A stretch of DNA of 64,000 nucleotides. Source: Sandaracinaceae bacterium. Lineage in GTDB: Bacteria; Myxococcota_A; Polyangia; Polyangiales; JAFGIB01. This document shows positions 20,250 through 33,456 of the stretch, piece after piece. The notes under the pieces were generated by a model. The model made no database searches and had not been told where the DNA came from. It saw nothing but the letters and a program-made list of their open reading frames with translations. The number at the start of each line of letters is the position of its first letter. Within the stretch, counting starts at the first letter, position 1. The translations under genes and the position numbers were made by a program. The stretch lies in contig JADGRF010000013.1 in the NCBI GenBank assembly GCA_017881055.1, positions 8,699-72,698 on the forward strand. The letters are read 5' to 3'.

Positions 20250-22739
20250 TCATTCCTTTGCGGGGGCCACCACGAGCGGCCGCGCGTCGCAGCTTGGGTA
20301 GGCGAGGAAGCGCGCGCGTCGCACGGAGAACCGCATCAGGTCGAGCAGCCAGCCGCGTGCGAGCTGCTCGAAGGGCGCCCCCGCCAGCAGCGCGTCCATC
20401 GTTTGCGTGTGGCCGATCAGCGCGCTCATCTCGCCCGCGCGAAACGCTTCGCGATGCAGCGAAAGGAGCGCGGCAGCCAACGTAAAGCCGGTGCGGAGTG
20501 CTTGAAATCGCCGATGATCGACGACCTGCAACGACAGGCCGTGACACAGCTGGCCCGCGTAGCGATCGCGTGTCGGCGTGAAATCGACGACCGAGAGCGA
20601 GATTCCCGGCAGTTGCCCGTCACTCAGGCGACGCAGCAGCGCGCTTGCGTCAATCCACGGTGCACCCACGACGCCGAACGGCCGATCCGTACCGCGTCCG
20701 ACCGAGACGTTGGTGCCTTCGATCAGCGCCAGCGCCGGATACAGCTCCAAGGCGTCGAGTGTCGGCAAGTTCGGCGAAGGTGCGCTCCATGGCTGGCCTG
20801 TGCGTCCGAACGACAGCTCGCGCGCGTAGCCGCGCATGTCGATGACGGTCAGGCGCGCGTTCAGGTGACGCTCTTCGTTCAACATGCGTGCAAGCTCGCC
20901 GAGCGTCATGCCGTGGATGAGCGGGAGCGCGTGGTAGTTCACGAAGCTCTCGTGACCGTCGTCCGGCATGGGTCCGTCTACGCGTGCTGCGCCGAGTGGA
21001 TCGGGTCGGTCGAGCACGAACACCGCCACGTTCGCCTTCGAGCACGCTTCGAGCACGCCGCGCAGCGTCGAGGCGTACGTGAAGAAGCGCACGCCGACAT
21101 CCTGCAGATCGAACACGATCGCATCGAGCCCATGCAGCATCGCGGCGGTCGGCTTGCGCGTCTTGCCGTAGAGCGAATGCACGGTCAGGGCGCTCCCGTC
21201 GTCGGTCGTGTCCGCGACAGCGCCCTCGCGAGCATGATCGAGGCCGTGCTCGGGTGCGAACAGCGACACCACGTGCACGCCTGGCGCGTCGTGCAGCAAA
21301 TCGATCGTGCGTGCACCGTCGTGCGCGCGACTGGCGTCGTTGGCGACCACGCCGATTCGCTTTCCGGCAAGGAGCGCGAAGCCTTGCGCGCGCAGCACGT
21401 CGATGCCGGTCTCGACGTGTCCCGCGAGCGCGTCGCAGCCGGCGGGTTCCAAAGCGCGTCCGAAGCGCTCCGCCGCAAGGTCCGCGAGCTCGCCCGCAAG
21501 CTTGATCACGTGGCCCTTGCCATGCGGGTGCACGCGGTTGCTGAGCAGAATCACGAACAGATCTTGCTCGGGATCGATCCACAGCGAAGTGCCCGTGAAC
21601 CCGCCGTGCCCGAACGCTCGATACGACAGCCGCTTGCCGCGCAGCCCGGAATACTCGCTCTGCATGTCCCAGCCGAGCGCGCGCACGGTGTCGCCGTCGC
21701 TCAGAAACTGCGGTGTCGTCATCGTGGCGAGCGTCGTCGCATCGAGCACGCGCGTGCCTTCGAGCGCGCCGCCGGCCAGCATCGCCTGTGCGAAGCGTGA
21801 GAGATCGCGCGCGGTCGTGAACACACCCGCGTTGCCGGCGACACCGCCGAGCAGGAACGCCCGTGGATCGTGGACATCGCCGCGGATCACGGGCTCCGTG
21901 CGCGCAGCGACGTCGATGCGCTTGCGCACGTCGTCGGGGATCTCGGTCGGCGCGATGCGCGGACGCAGCGCAGGCGCAGGTCGAAAGCCCGTGTCATGCA
22001 TGCCGAGCGGCGTGAAGAGCTCGCGCCCCGCCAGCTGCTCCAGCGGTTCTCCCGTGACGCGCTCGATCAGCGCGCCGAGCACGACGTAGTCGAGATCGCT
22101 GTAGTGAAAGCGGCTGCCCGCCGGCGTCAGCTGCCGACTCGCGAAGATGGCAGCAAGCGCTGCGTCGCGGCCGTGCTCGTAGTCGCCGAGCGGATTCTCG
22201 GCCGCGAGTCCGGCCGTGTGCACCAGCAGCTGGCGCACCGTGATCGCGGCGTGACCGTGCTTCTGCAGCTCGGGGAGATACGTGGCCGCTGGTGCGTCGA
22301 GAGCGACGCGCCCACGTGCGACGAGCTGCATCAGCAGCGTTGCAGTAAACGGTTTCGTGAGCGATGCGAGATCGAAGATCGTATCGAGCGTCATCGTCTC
22401 CGGTGTGGGCACGATGGCGCGCTGTCCGTACGCGTGCGCGAACACGATGCCGTCGCGGTGCCCGATCATCACGACCGCTCCGGGCAGTTGACCTGCTGCA
22501 ATGGCCTCGCTCACCGCCGCGTCGAGCTCGGGGACCGCGCCCGTTGTGCTCAGTTGCTCTCGTTCTGGCCGCTGCGCGTTGCTCGACGCGTCTGTCGCCG
22601 CGATCGCAGCCGGAGCTGCCGGTGCCGACTCGCGTGGAAGCGTCGGCGCAGCGCGCAAAGTCGCTTTCGGCTCGCTCGAGTGGCCAGCGCACGCCCAGGC
22701 AGCGCCCAACACGAGCAACGCGTACGAGGCTCTCCTCAT
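20250..22739 (-). CDS. Beta-lactamase-family serine hydrolase fused to DUF1343 (NamZ-like exo-beta-N-acetylmuramidase); probable lipoprotein
   Basis: SxxK (ASLTK), YSD, GDVHDPRA, HGGFTG, then TGIDVL, APEHG, DLQDVGVRFFTY, PSPNLP, SVGRGT; signal peptide with Cys. Confidence 0.9.
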   Translation of the reverse strand: MRRASYALLVLGAAWACAGHSSEPKATLRAAPTLPRESAPAAPAAIAATDASSNAQRPEREQLSTTGAVPELDAAVSEAIAAGQLPGAVVMIGHRDGIVFAHAYGQRAIVPTPETMTLDTIFDLASLTKPFTATLLMQLVARGRVALDAPAATYLPELQKHGHAAITVRQLLVHTAGLAAENPLGDYEHGRDAALAAIFASRQLTPAGSRFHYSDLDYVVLGALIERVTGEPLEQLAGRELFTPLGMHDTGFRPAPALRPRIAPTEIPDDVRKRIDVAARTEPVIRGDVHDPRAFLLGGVAGNAGVFTTARDLSRFAQAMLAGGALEGTRVLDATTLATMTTPQFLSDGDTVRALGWDMQSEYSGLRGKRLSYRAFGHGGFTGTSLWIDPEQDLFVILLSNRVHPHGKGHVIKLAGELADLAAERFGRALEPAGCDALAGHVETGIDVLRAQGFALLAGKRIGVVANDASRAHDGARTIDLLHDAPGVHVVSLFAPEHGLDHAREGAVADTTDDGSALTVHSLYGKTRKPTAAMLHGLDAIVFDLQDVGVRFFTYASTLRGVLEACSKANVAVFVLDRPDPLGAARVDGPMPDDGHESFVNYHALPLIHGMTLGELARMLNEERHLNARLTVIDMRGYARELSFGRTGQPWSAPSPNLPTLDALELYPALALIEGTNVSVGRGTDRPFGVVGAPWIDASALLRRLSDGQLPGISLSVVDFTPTRDRYAGQLCHGLSLQVVDHRRFQALRTGFTLAAALLSLHREAFRAGEMSALIGHTQTMDALLAGAPFEQLARGWLLDLMRFSVRRARFLAYPSCDARPLVVAPAKE

Positions 22740-22819
22740 CGGTTCAGCATACCGTTCAAATGCCACCGCACGCGCACTTGGCCTGCCGAGCGCGCCTGGC
22801 TTGTGGGATAACGGAACGC

Positions 22820-23266
22820 ATGGGCGCGCTGGACGGCATCATTGGCAAGCTCTTCGGCTCGATCTCGCCGCACACGCGCAGCCTCGGCTTCGAGGTGGTG
22901 TCCATGAAGGACGGCGTCGCAGTCGCCAAGATCCCGTACAGCGCGGAGCTCGTTGGCGATCCGCTGTCGGGCGTGCTGCACGGCGGAGTCGTGACCTCGA
23001 TGCTCGACACGACCGGCGGCGTGGCCGTGATCTCGGCAGTTGGTTTGCCCACTCCGATCGCCACGCTCGATCTGCGCATCGACTACCTGCGTCCGTCGAA
23101 GCCTGGCGAAGATTTGTTCGCACGCGTGGAGTGCTACAAGAAGACGCACAACGTCGCGTTCACGCGTGGCGTCGCCTACAACGGTGATGAAGCCGACCCA
23201 GTCGCCTCGATGGCCGCGACGTACATGCTGCGAACGCAGGCGTTTCGCGCACCCGGAGGCGGCTGA
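22820..23266 (+). CDS. PaaI-family hotdog thioesterase
   Basis: LVGDP..GVLHGGVVTSMLD, ATLDLRIDYLRP; the upstream part of the listed ORF is spurious. Confidence 0.9.
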   Translation: MGALDGIIGKLFGSISPHTRSLGFEVVSMKDGVAVAKIPYSAELVGDPLSGVLHGGVVTSMLDTTGGVAVISAVGLPTPIATLDLRIDYLRPSKPGEDLFARVECYKKTHNVAFTRGVAYNGDEADPVASMAATYMLRTQAFRAPGGG

Positions 23267-23718
23267 TGGCGGTCCGGGACCCCGAGGAGTTTCTTGCCGA
23301 GCTGCGCAAGACCGGTCGCTTCGATCGCTTGATCGATGCGATCCCCTACGCGCGCTACCTGGGCCTCAATGTGCGGATCGTCGATGGCGATCTGCTCACG
23401 ACCATGCCCGGCGTCGACAAGCTGATCGGCAATCCGGTCTTGCCTGCGCTGCACGGGGGCACCGTCGGCGCGCTCTTGGAGAGCGCCGCCATCTTCAAGC
23501 TGCTCTGGGAAGTCGAGAGCATCGCGGTACCGAAGACGATCAACATCACGGTCGATTACCTGCGCTCGGCGCGCGTGGTCGACACGCTCGCGCGCGCCAC
23601 GATCACCAAGCACGGCCGGCGCGTGGCCAACGTCCAGGCGCGCGCCTGGCAGGGGGACGAGGCCAAGCCGATCGCCGCCCTGCATGGCCATTTCCTACTT
23701 AAAACCCGTGACACCTGA
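23266..23718 (+). CDS. PaaI-family hotdog thioesterase (second of a tandem pair)
   Basis: IPYARYLG, IGNPVLPALHGG..GALLE, PKTINITVDYLR; TGATG coupling to the previous gene. Confidence 0.9.
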   Translation: MAVRDPEEFLAELRKTGRFDRLIDAIPYARYLGLNVRIVDGDLLTTMPGVDKLIGNPVLPALHGGTVGALLESAAIFKLLWEVESIAVPKTINITVDYLRSARVVDTLARATITKHGRRVANVQARAWQGDEAKPIAALHGHFLLKTRDT

Positions 23719-23847
23719 GGCCATTTCGGCTGGAATTCGGCGAAATGCGTCGCACCACACGTAGGGGTCTTGATCTGAGTGCAAACATGGTACAGCTTCC
23801 CATATGTGGGACACGAGCAGTGTCCTGCACGGCAGGAGGCAGGGCGC

Positions 23848-25563
23848 ATGGAAGTTGGTAGCGACACGTTCCCCCGCGACGAGGTTACGGGTCTTGCTGC
23901 GTTCGAGCATCTCGAGCCGGTCAGCACCGTCAGCACGCTCAACATGATGGAGGAGCCGGCGATGGCTCCCGTGCCGCGCGTGTTCACGCCGCCGCCGCCC
24001 GGTTCACTCAGCGGCTCCCACAGCGTGCCGGCCTACGCGCGCAAGAGCCTGTCCCTGCCGCCGCCGCCGCCCGCTGCCCGGGCCTTCTCGCGTCCGCCGC
24101 CGCCCGCAGGGTCGCCGGCGCAAGCGCGCCGCCAGGACGACACGGAAATCGTCGACGTCGACGACGCCGTTCCAGCTGACCGAGTCGGTGGCTGGGAAGA
24201 ACCCGACGACGCCGCCACGCGGGTGCAAGCCGGGTCTCCGGCCGCCGAGCTGCACATGGACTGGGACGACGAGGAACCGCCGACGCAGATGCGCGGTGAG
24301 GGCGGCGTTCACCAAGGGGCGCACCCCGGCGTCTCGATGGACTGGGAAAACGAGAGCATCGACACGCGCCTGCGCGACGCCGATGACGACCTCGATTACG
24401 ACGCGCAAGATGGCTCCGACACCGCGGCCTACCAGCCCGCGGGTGACTCGGGTCGCCCGTCGCCGTTTCCCACGCGCACCAGCGCCGTCGGCTACGCGCC
24501 GGCTGCGGAAGACGCGCGCGTGTACAACTCCGCAATCGGTTCGGTTCGTCCTGGTGCACCGTCGCCCTTCGCCAACGAGGGCGTCGAGACCGCATGGGGC
24601 CAGGATCTGCGCGGCTCGCGTCACACGCAGCTCTGGATCGCCGCTGCCGCCCTCGCGATCATCGCGCTGGCGTTCGGCGTGCGCTCGTTCTTCGCCAAGG
24701 AGGCTCCGGGCCTGGTCACGCTCGCCACCGTGCCCTCCGATGCGCGCGTGCTCATCGATGGCAAGCCGGTCGCCGGAACCTCCAGTCCGTTCTCTGCAAA
24801 CGATCTGGCGCCCGGCATCGCTCACGAAATCGTCGTGCAGAAGGACGGCTTCGCGGAACAGCGCTCGACATTCACCCTGAGCGCGGGGGAAGCCAAGTCG
24901 TTGCCGACGATCTCTCTGACCGCTGCGTCGACCGAGGTCGGCTTCGCGATCGACTCCGTGCCCGGTGGTGCGCAGATTCAGCTCGACGGTGCGGCCGTGG
25001 GTCTGTCCACGCCGGCGCGCGTCACCCATGTCGTCACGGGCTTGCACAAAGTTGCGCTCGTCCACGCCGGCTACGCGCCGTACGAGCTGCAGGTGTTCGT
25101 GCCCGAGAAGCAGGTTCTCGAGCTGCCCACCGCAACGCTGAACGCGCTTATCGGTTCCGCCGCGAAGGGTGCTGAGACGACCCGCGCGTCCAGTGCGAGT
25201 CAGCCGGTCGCCGAGCATCACCATCATCACCACGGCATGCACGCGAGCGATCAGCTCGCTGCAGCTACCACGCACACACAGCCGGTTGCACCCGCTGCGC
25301 GCGTGACGCGGCAGAAGCCGATCAAGGCTCCCCTGGCGGCGCCGGCCGCAGGCAAGGGCATCTTGCGCGTGAACAGCCGTCCGTGGTCGCAGGTCTTCGT
25401 CGACGGTCGCATGCTCGGCAACACGCCGCAGATGGCGCTTCAGCTCGGCGCCGGCACGCACACGGTCAAGCTTTCCAACCCGCAGATGGGTCTCTCCAAG
25501 ACGTTCAGCGTGACGATCAAAGCCGGTCAGAGCGAGACCAAGGTCTTGAACCTGATCGACTGA
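23848..25563 (+). CDS. Membrane-anchored PEGA-domain protein with long acidic/Pro-rich N-terminus
   Basis: Single TM helix (LWIAAAALAIIALAFGV); PEGA-like TVPSDARVLIDG, SVPGGAQIQLDG, NSRPWSQVFVDG..GNTP. Start uncertain. Confidence 0.85.
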   Translation: MEVGSDTFPRDEVTGLAAFEHLEPVSTVSTLNMMEEPAMAPVPRVFTPPPPGSLSGSHSVPAYARKSLSLPPPPPAARAFSRPPPPAGSPAQARRQDDTEIVDVDDAVPADRVGGWEEPDDAATRVQAGSPAAELHMDWDDEEPPTQMRGEGGVHQGAHPGVSMDWENESIDTRLRDADDDLDYDAQDGSDTAAYQPAGDSGRPSPFPTRTSAVGYAPAAEDARVYNSAIGSVRPGAPSPFANEGVETAWGQDLRGSRHTQLWIAAAALAIIALAFGVRSFFAKEAPGLVTLATVPSDARVLIDGKPVAGTSSPFSANDLAPGIAHEIVVQKDGFAEQRSTFTLSAGEAKSLPTISLTAASTEVGFAIDSVPGGAQIQLDGAAVGLSTPARVTHVVTGLHKVALVHAGYAPYELQVFVPEKQVLELPTATLNALIGSAAKGAETTRASSASQPVAEHHHHHHGMHASDQLAAATTHTQPVAPAARVTRQKPIKAPLAAPAAGKGILRVNSRPWSQVFVDGRMLGNTPQMALQLGAGTHTVKLSNPQMGLSKTFSVTIKAGQSETKVLNLID

Positions 25564-25617
25564 AAAACGAGTCGTCTGGCGTGCGATCGGCGGCTCGCGC
25601 GCCAACCGACTCGTTTT
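25564..25617. terminator. Bidirectional intrinsic terminator
   Basis: AAAACGAGTCG...CGACTCGTTTT outer stem plus TGGCGTGCGA/TCGCGCGCCA inner stem, between convergent genes. Confidence 0.75.
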
Positions 25618-25644
25618 GGGCTATGCCGCCGGCGCGGCGGATCC

Positions 25645-27144
25645 TCACTCGCCGAACGTGATGCCTTGGGCTAGCGGGAGCTGGGACGAGTAGTTGAACG
25701 TGTTGGTGGCGCGGCGCATGTAGCTGCGCCAGGCGTCGGAGCCGGATTCGCGGCCGCCGCCGGTGGCTTTCTCGCCGCCGAACGCGCCGCCGATCTCGGC
25801 GCCGCTCGGCCCGATGTTGACGTTCGCGATGCCGCAATCGCTGCCGCGCGCGGACACGAATAACTCGGCCTCGCGCATGTCCGTCGTGAAGATGGACGAC
25901 GATAGGCCCTGCTCCACACCGTTCTGAAGCGCGATTGCGGCTTCCAGCTCGTGGTAGCCGAGCACATACAGGATCGGCGCGAAGGTTTCGCTGCGAACCA
26001 GCTCGGTCTGCTGCGGCATGCTGACGAGCGCGGGCGTCACGTAGAAAGCCTCCGGCCGGGCACCCGCAAGCACGCGCTCGCCCCCGCATTCGAGCGTGCC
26101 GCCGTCAGCGGCAGCGGTACGCAGGGCCGCCTGCATCGCTGCGAACGCGTGTGCGTCGATCAGCGGGCCCACCAGGGTCGAGGCGTCGAGTGGCGAGCCG
26201 ATGGGCAAGCTCGCGTAGGCACCGGCGAGACGTGACAGGAGCTCGGCCCGCACCGCGTCGTGAACGAACAGGCGCCGCAACGACGTGCAGCGCTGGCCCG
26301 CAGTGCCCACCGCGCTGAAGACGATCGCGCGCACCGCGAGCGCGAGATCCGCGCTCTTCGTGACGATCATCGCGTTGTTTCCGCCGAGCTCCAAGAGTGC
26401 TCGCCCGAAGCGTGCTGCCACGACCGGCGCGAGCGCGCGGCCCATGCGCGTGCTGCCGGTCGCGCTGATCAACGCGATACGCGGATCCGCGGCCAGCTGC
26501 GCGCCGAGCGACGCGCCGCCGATCAAGACTTGGGACAGATGCTCGGGAGCATTCGCGCTGGCGATCGCCCGTTGAAAGAGCGCGTGACATGCGAGCGCCG
26601 TCACCGGCGTTCTTTCGGACGGCTTCCAAATCACCGGATCGCCGCACACGATCGCCAGCGCGAAGTTCCACGCCCAGACCGCGACCGGGAAGTTGAACGC
26701 GCTGATCACCGCGACGGAGCCGAGCGGATGCCACTGCTCCATCATCCGGTGATCCGGCCGCTCGGATGCGATCGTGAGGCCGTACAGCTGGCGAGATAGC
26801 CCGACCGCGAAGTCGCAGAGGTCGATCATCTCTTGGACTTCGCCGAGGCCCTCTTGCCGGATCTTGCCACACTCGATCGTAACGAGTTCGCCGAGCGCCT
26901 GCTTGTGTTGGCGCAGTTCTTGTCCAAACAAGCGCACCAGCTCGCCGCGTTTCGGTGCCGGCCAGTTCCTGAGCTCGAAAAACGCACGCTCGGCTCGCTC
27001 GATGGCGCGCTCGGCCTCGGCCTGCGTGCTCGAATACAACGACGCGATGCGCGAGCCGTCGATCGGCGAATGCACCTGTAGATCACCGGTCGCGAACGAC
27101 GCGCCGTCGATCCCGAGCTTGCTGCACAGCGCTTGGATGTCCAT
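25645..27144 (-). CDS. Alpha-aminoadipate-semialdehyde/piperideine-6-carboxylate dehydrogenase (ALDH7/AmaB-like)
   Basis: GEVQEMID.CDFAVGLSRQL, ISAFNFP, LELGGNN, GTAGQRCT, SGAEIGGAFGGEK.TGGGRESGSD. Start ATG 27144 after GGAGG. Confidence 0.92.
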   Translation of the reverse strand: MDIQALCSKLGIDGASFATGDLQVHSPIDGSRIASLYSSTQAEAERAIERAERAFFELRNWPAPKRGELVRLFGQELRQHKQALGELVTIECGKIRQEGLGEVQEMIDLCDFAVGLSRQLYGLTIASERPDHRMMEQWHPLGSVAVISAFNFPVAVWAWNFALAIVCGDPVIWKPSERTPVTALACHALFQRAIASANAPEHLSQVLIGGASLGAQLAADPRIALISATGSTRMGRALAPVVAARFGRALLELGGNNAMIVTKSADLALAVRAIVFSAVGTAGQRCTSLRRLFVHDAVRAELLSRLAGAYASLPIGSPLDASTLVGPLIDAHAFAAMQAALRTAAADGGTLECGGERVLAGARPEAFYVTPALVSMPQQTELVRSETFAPILYVLGYHELEAAIALQNGVEQGLSSSIFTTDMREAELFVSARGSDCGIANVNIGPSGAEIGGAFGGEKATGGGRESGSDAWRSYMRRATNTFNYSSQLPLAQGITFGE

Positions 27145-27179
27145 GTCGACCTCCCGTGGTCCGGTGACGCAGCCTGCCG

Positions 27180-28247
27180 TCAGCTGTAGTACTTGCCGAA
27201 ACGATTGGCGATGAACGTCGCCAGCGGGACGTCTTCCTGCTTCACGAACCCAGTCGCCGCGATCTTGCCCTCGCGGTGAAGGTCCACCATCGCGCAGATC
27301 GCGGCTGCGGTCGTGATCTGAATCGCGGACAGCTCGGTGTCTCCGACACGCCCGTGATAGACCTTCTTCGTGAACGTCTCCTGCACCAGGCGTCCGTTCT
27401 GCGTGCCGCTGACGGTCACGAAGATCAGCACGACGTCCTGCGTCGTCACCGGCACCGCGTGCTCGAGAACATCGGCGAACAGCGAACGCCGCTCGCCAAG
27501 TCGCAGGTCGTTGCACAGAAACCGGATCAGCTCGCAGTGGCCCGGGTAGCGGATGGTCTTGTAGTTGAGGTAGTCGACCTTGCCGGCCAGCGTTTCCCAC
27601 AGCGTGCCGAGCCCACCGGACGTGTTGAACGCTTCGTATTCTGCGCCATCGAGCGAGAACGCCTCGAGCCCTTCGAGCGGCAGCACCTCGCGTACAGCGC
27701 CGTCGTGGATCACGTGACACGGGTTGCAGTACTCGTTGATGAGGCCTGCGGTGCTCCAGGTCAGGTTGTATTTGAGCGCGTTGCTCGGGAACAAGGGCAG
27801 GGCGCCGACACGCATGCGCACGCGGTTCAGCTTGTCGAAGCGCTTGGCGAGATCCGCCGCTGCGATCGAGATGAACCCCGGCGCCAGACCGCATTGCGGA
27901 ATGAACACGGTCTTCGCGCCTTCCGCGAGCTCGCGTACGCGTAGGGCCGTGCTCACGTCTTCCGTGAGGTCGAAGTAGTGCACGCCAGCCTCGCGTGCGA
28001 GCTCGGCGATGCTGATGTTGAGAAAGAATGGACACGCGCTGAGCACGACATCGACACCCACCAGCGCGCTCTTCAAGGCTGCGCGATCGGTGACGTCCAG
28101 CGGCAACTTCTTCACGCTCGCGGGCACGCCAGCGAGCCGCGCGGCATCGCGGTCTGCAATGGTGAGCATGTAGTCCTGCGTGCGGCCGAGCAGCTCCGCA
28201 ATCGCAACCCCGATGTTGCCCGCGCCGAGTAATAAAACGTGGGTCAT
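27180..28247 (-). CDS. Saccharopine dehydrogenase-family oxidoreductase (lysine 6-dehydrogenase-like)
   Basis: LGAGNIG, YFDLTEDV, PQCGLAPG, MRVGALP, YNLTWST.GLINEY, EAFNTSGG, YKTIRYPGH. Confidence 0.88.
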   Translation of the reverse strand: MTHVLLLGAGNIGVAIAELLGRTQDYMLTIADRDAARLAGVPASVKKLPLDVTDRAALKSALVGVDVVLSACPFFLNISIAELAREAGVHYFDLTEDVSTALRVRELAEGAKTVFIPQCGLAPGFISIAAADLAKRFDKLNRVRMRVGALPLFPSNALKYNLTWSTAGLINEYCNPCHVIHDGAVREVLPLEGLEAFSLDGAEYEAFNTSGGLGTLWETLAGKVDYLNYKTIRYPGHCELIRFLCNDLRLGERRSLFADVLEHAVPVTTQDVVLIFVTVSGTQNGRLVQETFTKKVYHGRVGDTELSAIQITTAAAICAMVDLHREGKIAATGFVKQEDVPLATFIANRFGKYYS

Positions 28248-28259
28248 GCTCCCATCTTA

Positions 28260-29111
28260 TCAGAGCGACAGAGTGACGCGATACACGAGCAGTGCGCGCA
28301 CGGGTGCGTAGTAGTCGTGCTGCCCGTAGTAGCGATCACCTGGGCGAATCAGGAACGTGAAGAACAACAGGTCTCCGCGATCGACGAGCCCCAGGCGCGC
28401 CACGGCGTTGAAGCCCCAAGCAACCTCGGTGTCGTGCTGCCCGCTCCGCGGTAGGAACATGGCCTGAACGTACGGCGCGATCCCACCCCACCTGCGATGG
28501 TGGAAGAACAGCTGACTCTCGAATCGTCCCTCGACGCCACCGTCGTGCACGCTCGCGAAGAACCAGTCGTAGGTGCGGGTGCGCGCGTCGTCGTAGCGCG
28601 CCGCCATGAGCGCCGTGAACACGACGTGGTCGTTCAACGGCGCGTACAGATCGACCTTCGCCTCGGCCCATGGGATGTTCTGCGTGTCGGGTCCGCCGCT
28701 GAGAATCGGATCGCGAGCACGCCGCGCTCCGCGATCGCACGCGGAGCAGTACTCGCCGTTCTTCCCCGGCGCGAAGCTCAGGTTGCGCCACAGCGTTTCA
28801 TAACCAAGCGTGGTGCCGAATTCGAGAAACAGCACCCTCAGCCGCGCATACGCGGTGCCCTGTGCGAGCGGGTAGCCGAGCAGCGTATTCACGCCGAAGG
28901 TGGCGTTGTTCGCTCCACCGTAGATGTCTTCGCGGTGCTCCAATGACAGCTGCGCACCACTGCCGAAGTAGTCTAGCGTGAAGAAGTTCCCATCAGGCGG
29001 CCGACTGAACATGTAGTCGCGCGGATCTTCGGCATGCGCGGTGCTGTTGCACGCCAGCACGCCGACGAGTACGCCGAGCAGCAGGAACACAGCGTTCTTC
29101 CCGGCACGCAT
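28260..29111 (-). CDS. Hypothetical exported protein, aromatic beta-strand rich (possible outer-membrane protein)
   Basis: Signal peptide ending AHA-E; alternating hydrophobic strands; GC3-biased codons. Confidence 0.65.
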   Translation of the reverse strand: MRAGKNAVFLLLGVLVGVLACNSTAHAEDPRDYMFSRPPDGNFFTLDYFGSGAQLSLEHREDIYGGANNATFGVNTLLGYPLAQGTAYARLRVLFLEFGTTLGYETLWRNLSFAPGKNGEYCSACDRGARRARDPILSGGPDTQNIPWAEAKVDLYAPLNDHVVFTALMAARYDDARTRTYDWFFASVHDGGVEGRFESQLFFHHRRWGGIAPYVQAMFLPRSGQHDTEVAWGFNAVARLGLVDRGDLLFFTFLIRPGDRYYGQHDYYAPVRALLVYRVTLSL

Positions 29112-29177
29112 TGCGCGAACGATAGCGCATCCCGCCGCGCTTGGCGGCTCCAGCTTCGCGCGTTCGTCCGTTGTCTT

Positions 29178-29252
29178 TGGTAGGCGGGACAGGGATCGAA
29201 CCTGCGACCCGCGCCGTGTAAAAGCGCCGCTCTGCCGCTGAGCTACCCGCCT
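29178..29252 (-). tRNA. tRNA-Val(TAC)
   Basis: AGGCGGG/CCCGCCT acceptor stem, GCTC/GAGC D-stem, anticodon loop TT-TAC-AC, GGTTCGATCC T-arm, encoded ACCA. Confidence 0.93.
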
Positions 29253-29324
29253 AGGGTTGCTACGAAGAAACCGCTGTTTCGACGACCGGTTCCTAGCAGG
29301 AACACGCGCGGAACGAAAGGCGCG

Positions 29325-31853
<2,529 letters not shown>

Positions 31854-32078
31854 CAGGACCTTCAGGCTAGCCGTACCGACACGCTAACCAGGCCGGTTAG
31901 CATACCGCAATTTCTAGCCCCGGCGCCCGTACAACCGTGATCCCCGCCACTTGGCGCTTCCGAAATTGCCGAGCAATTTCAAGGTCGGCACCCGGCCAAC
32001 GCCGTGGGTGGCGATCTCTTCGGAGAGCCGCAGGCTGCTCCGCAAGTATGTGACCAACTCGGCGCGGCGGGTATGTGA

Positions 32079-33335
<1,257 letters not shown>

Positions 33336-33456
33336 GCGATTACCTATTGGCCGCTAAGAGCCATCTCGAACACCAAGAGTCTACCAACCGCCCGGAGCCG
33401 CATCAAGCAAGCCGCCCGGAGCACCTACGGCCCTGCGGGCTTGCCGCGAAACTGCC

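Noticed and set aside
27145-28035. Apparent 297-aa N-terminal extension of the aldehyde dehydrogenase
   Set aside because: It overlaps the upstream dehydrogenase in another frame; a GGAGG RBS supports the ATG at 27144.
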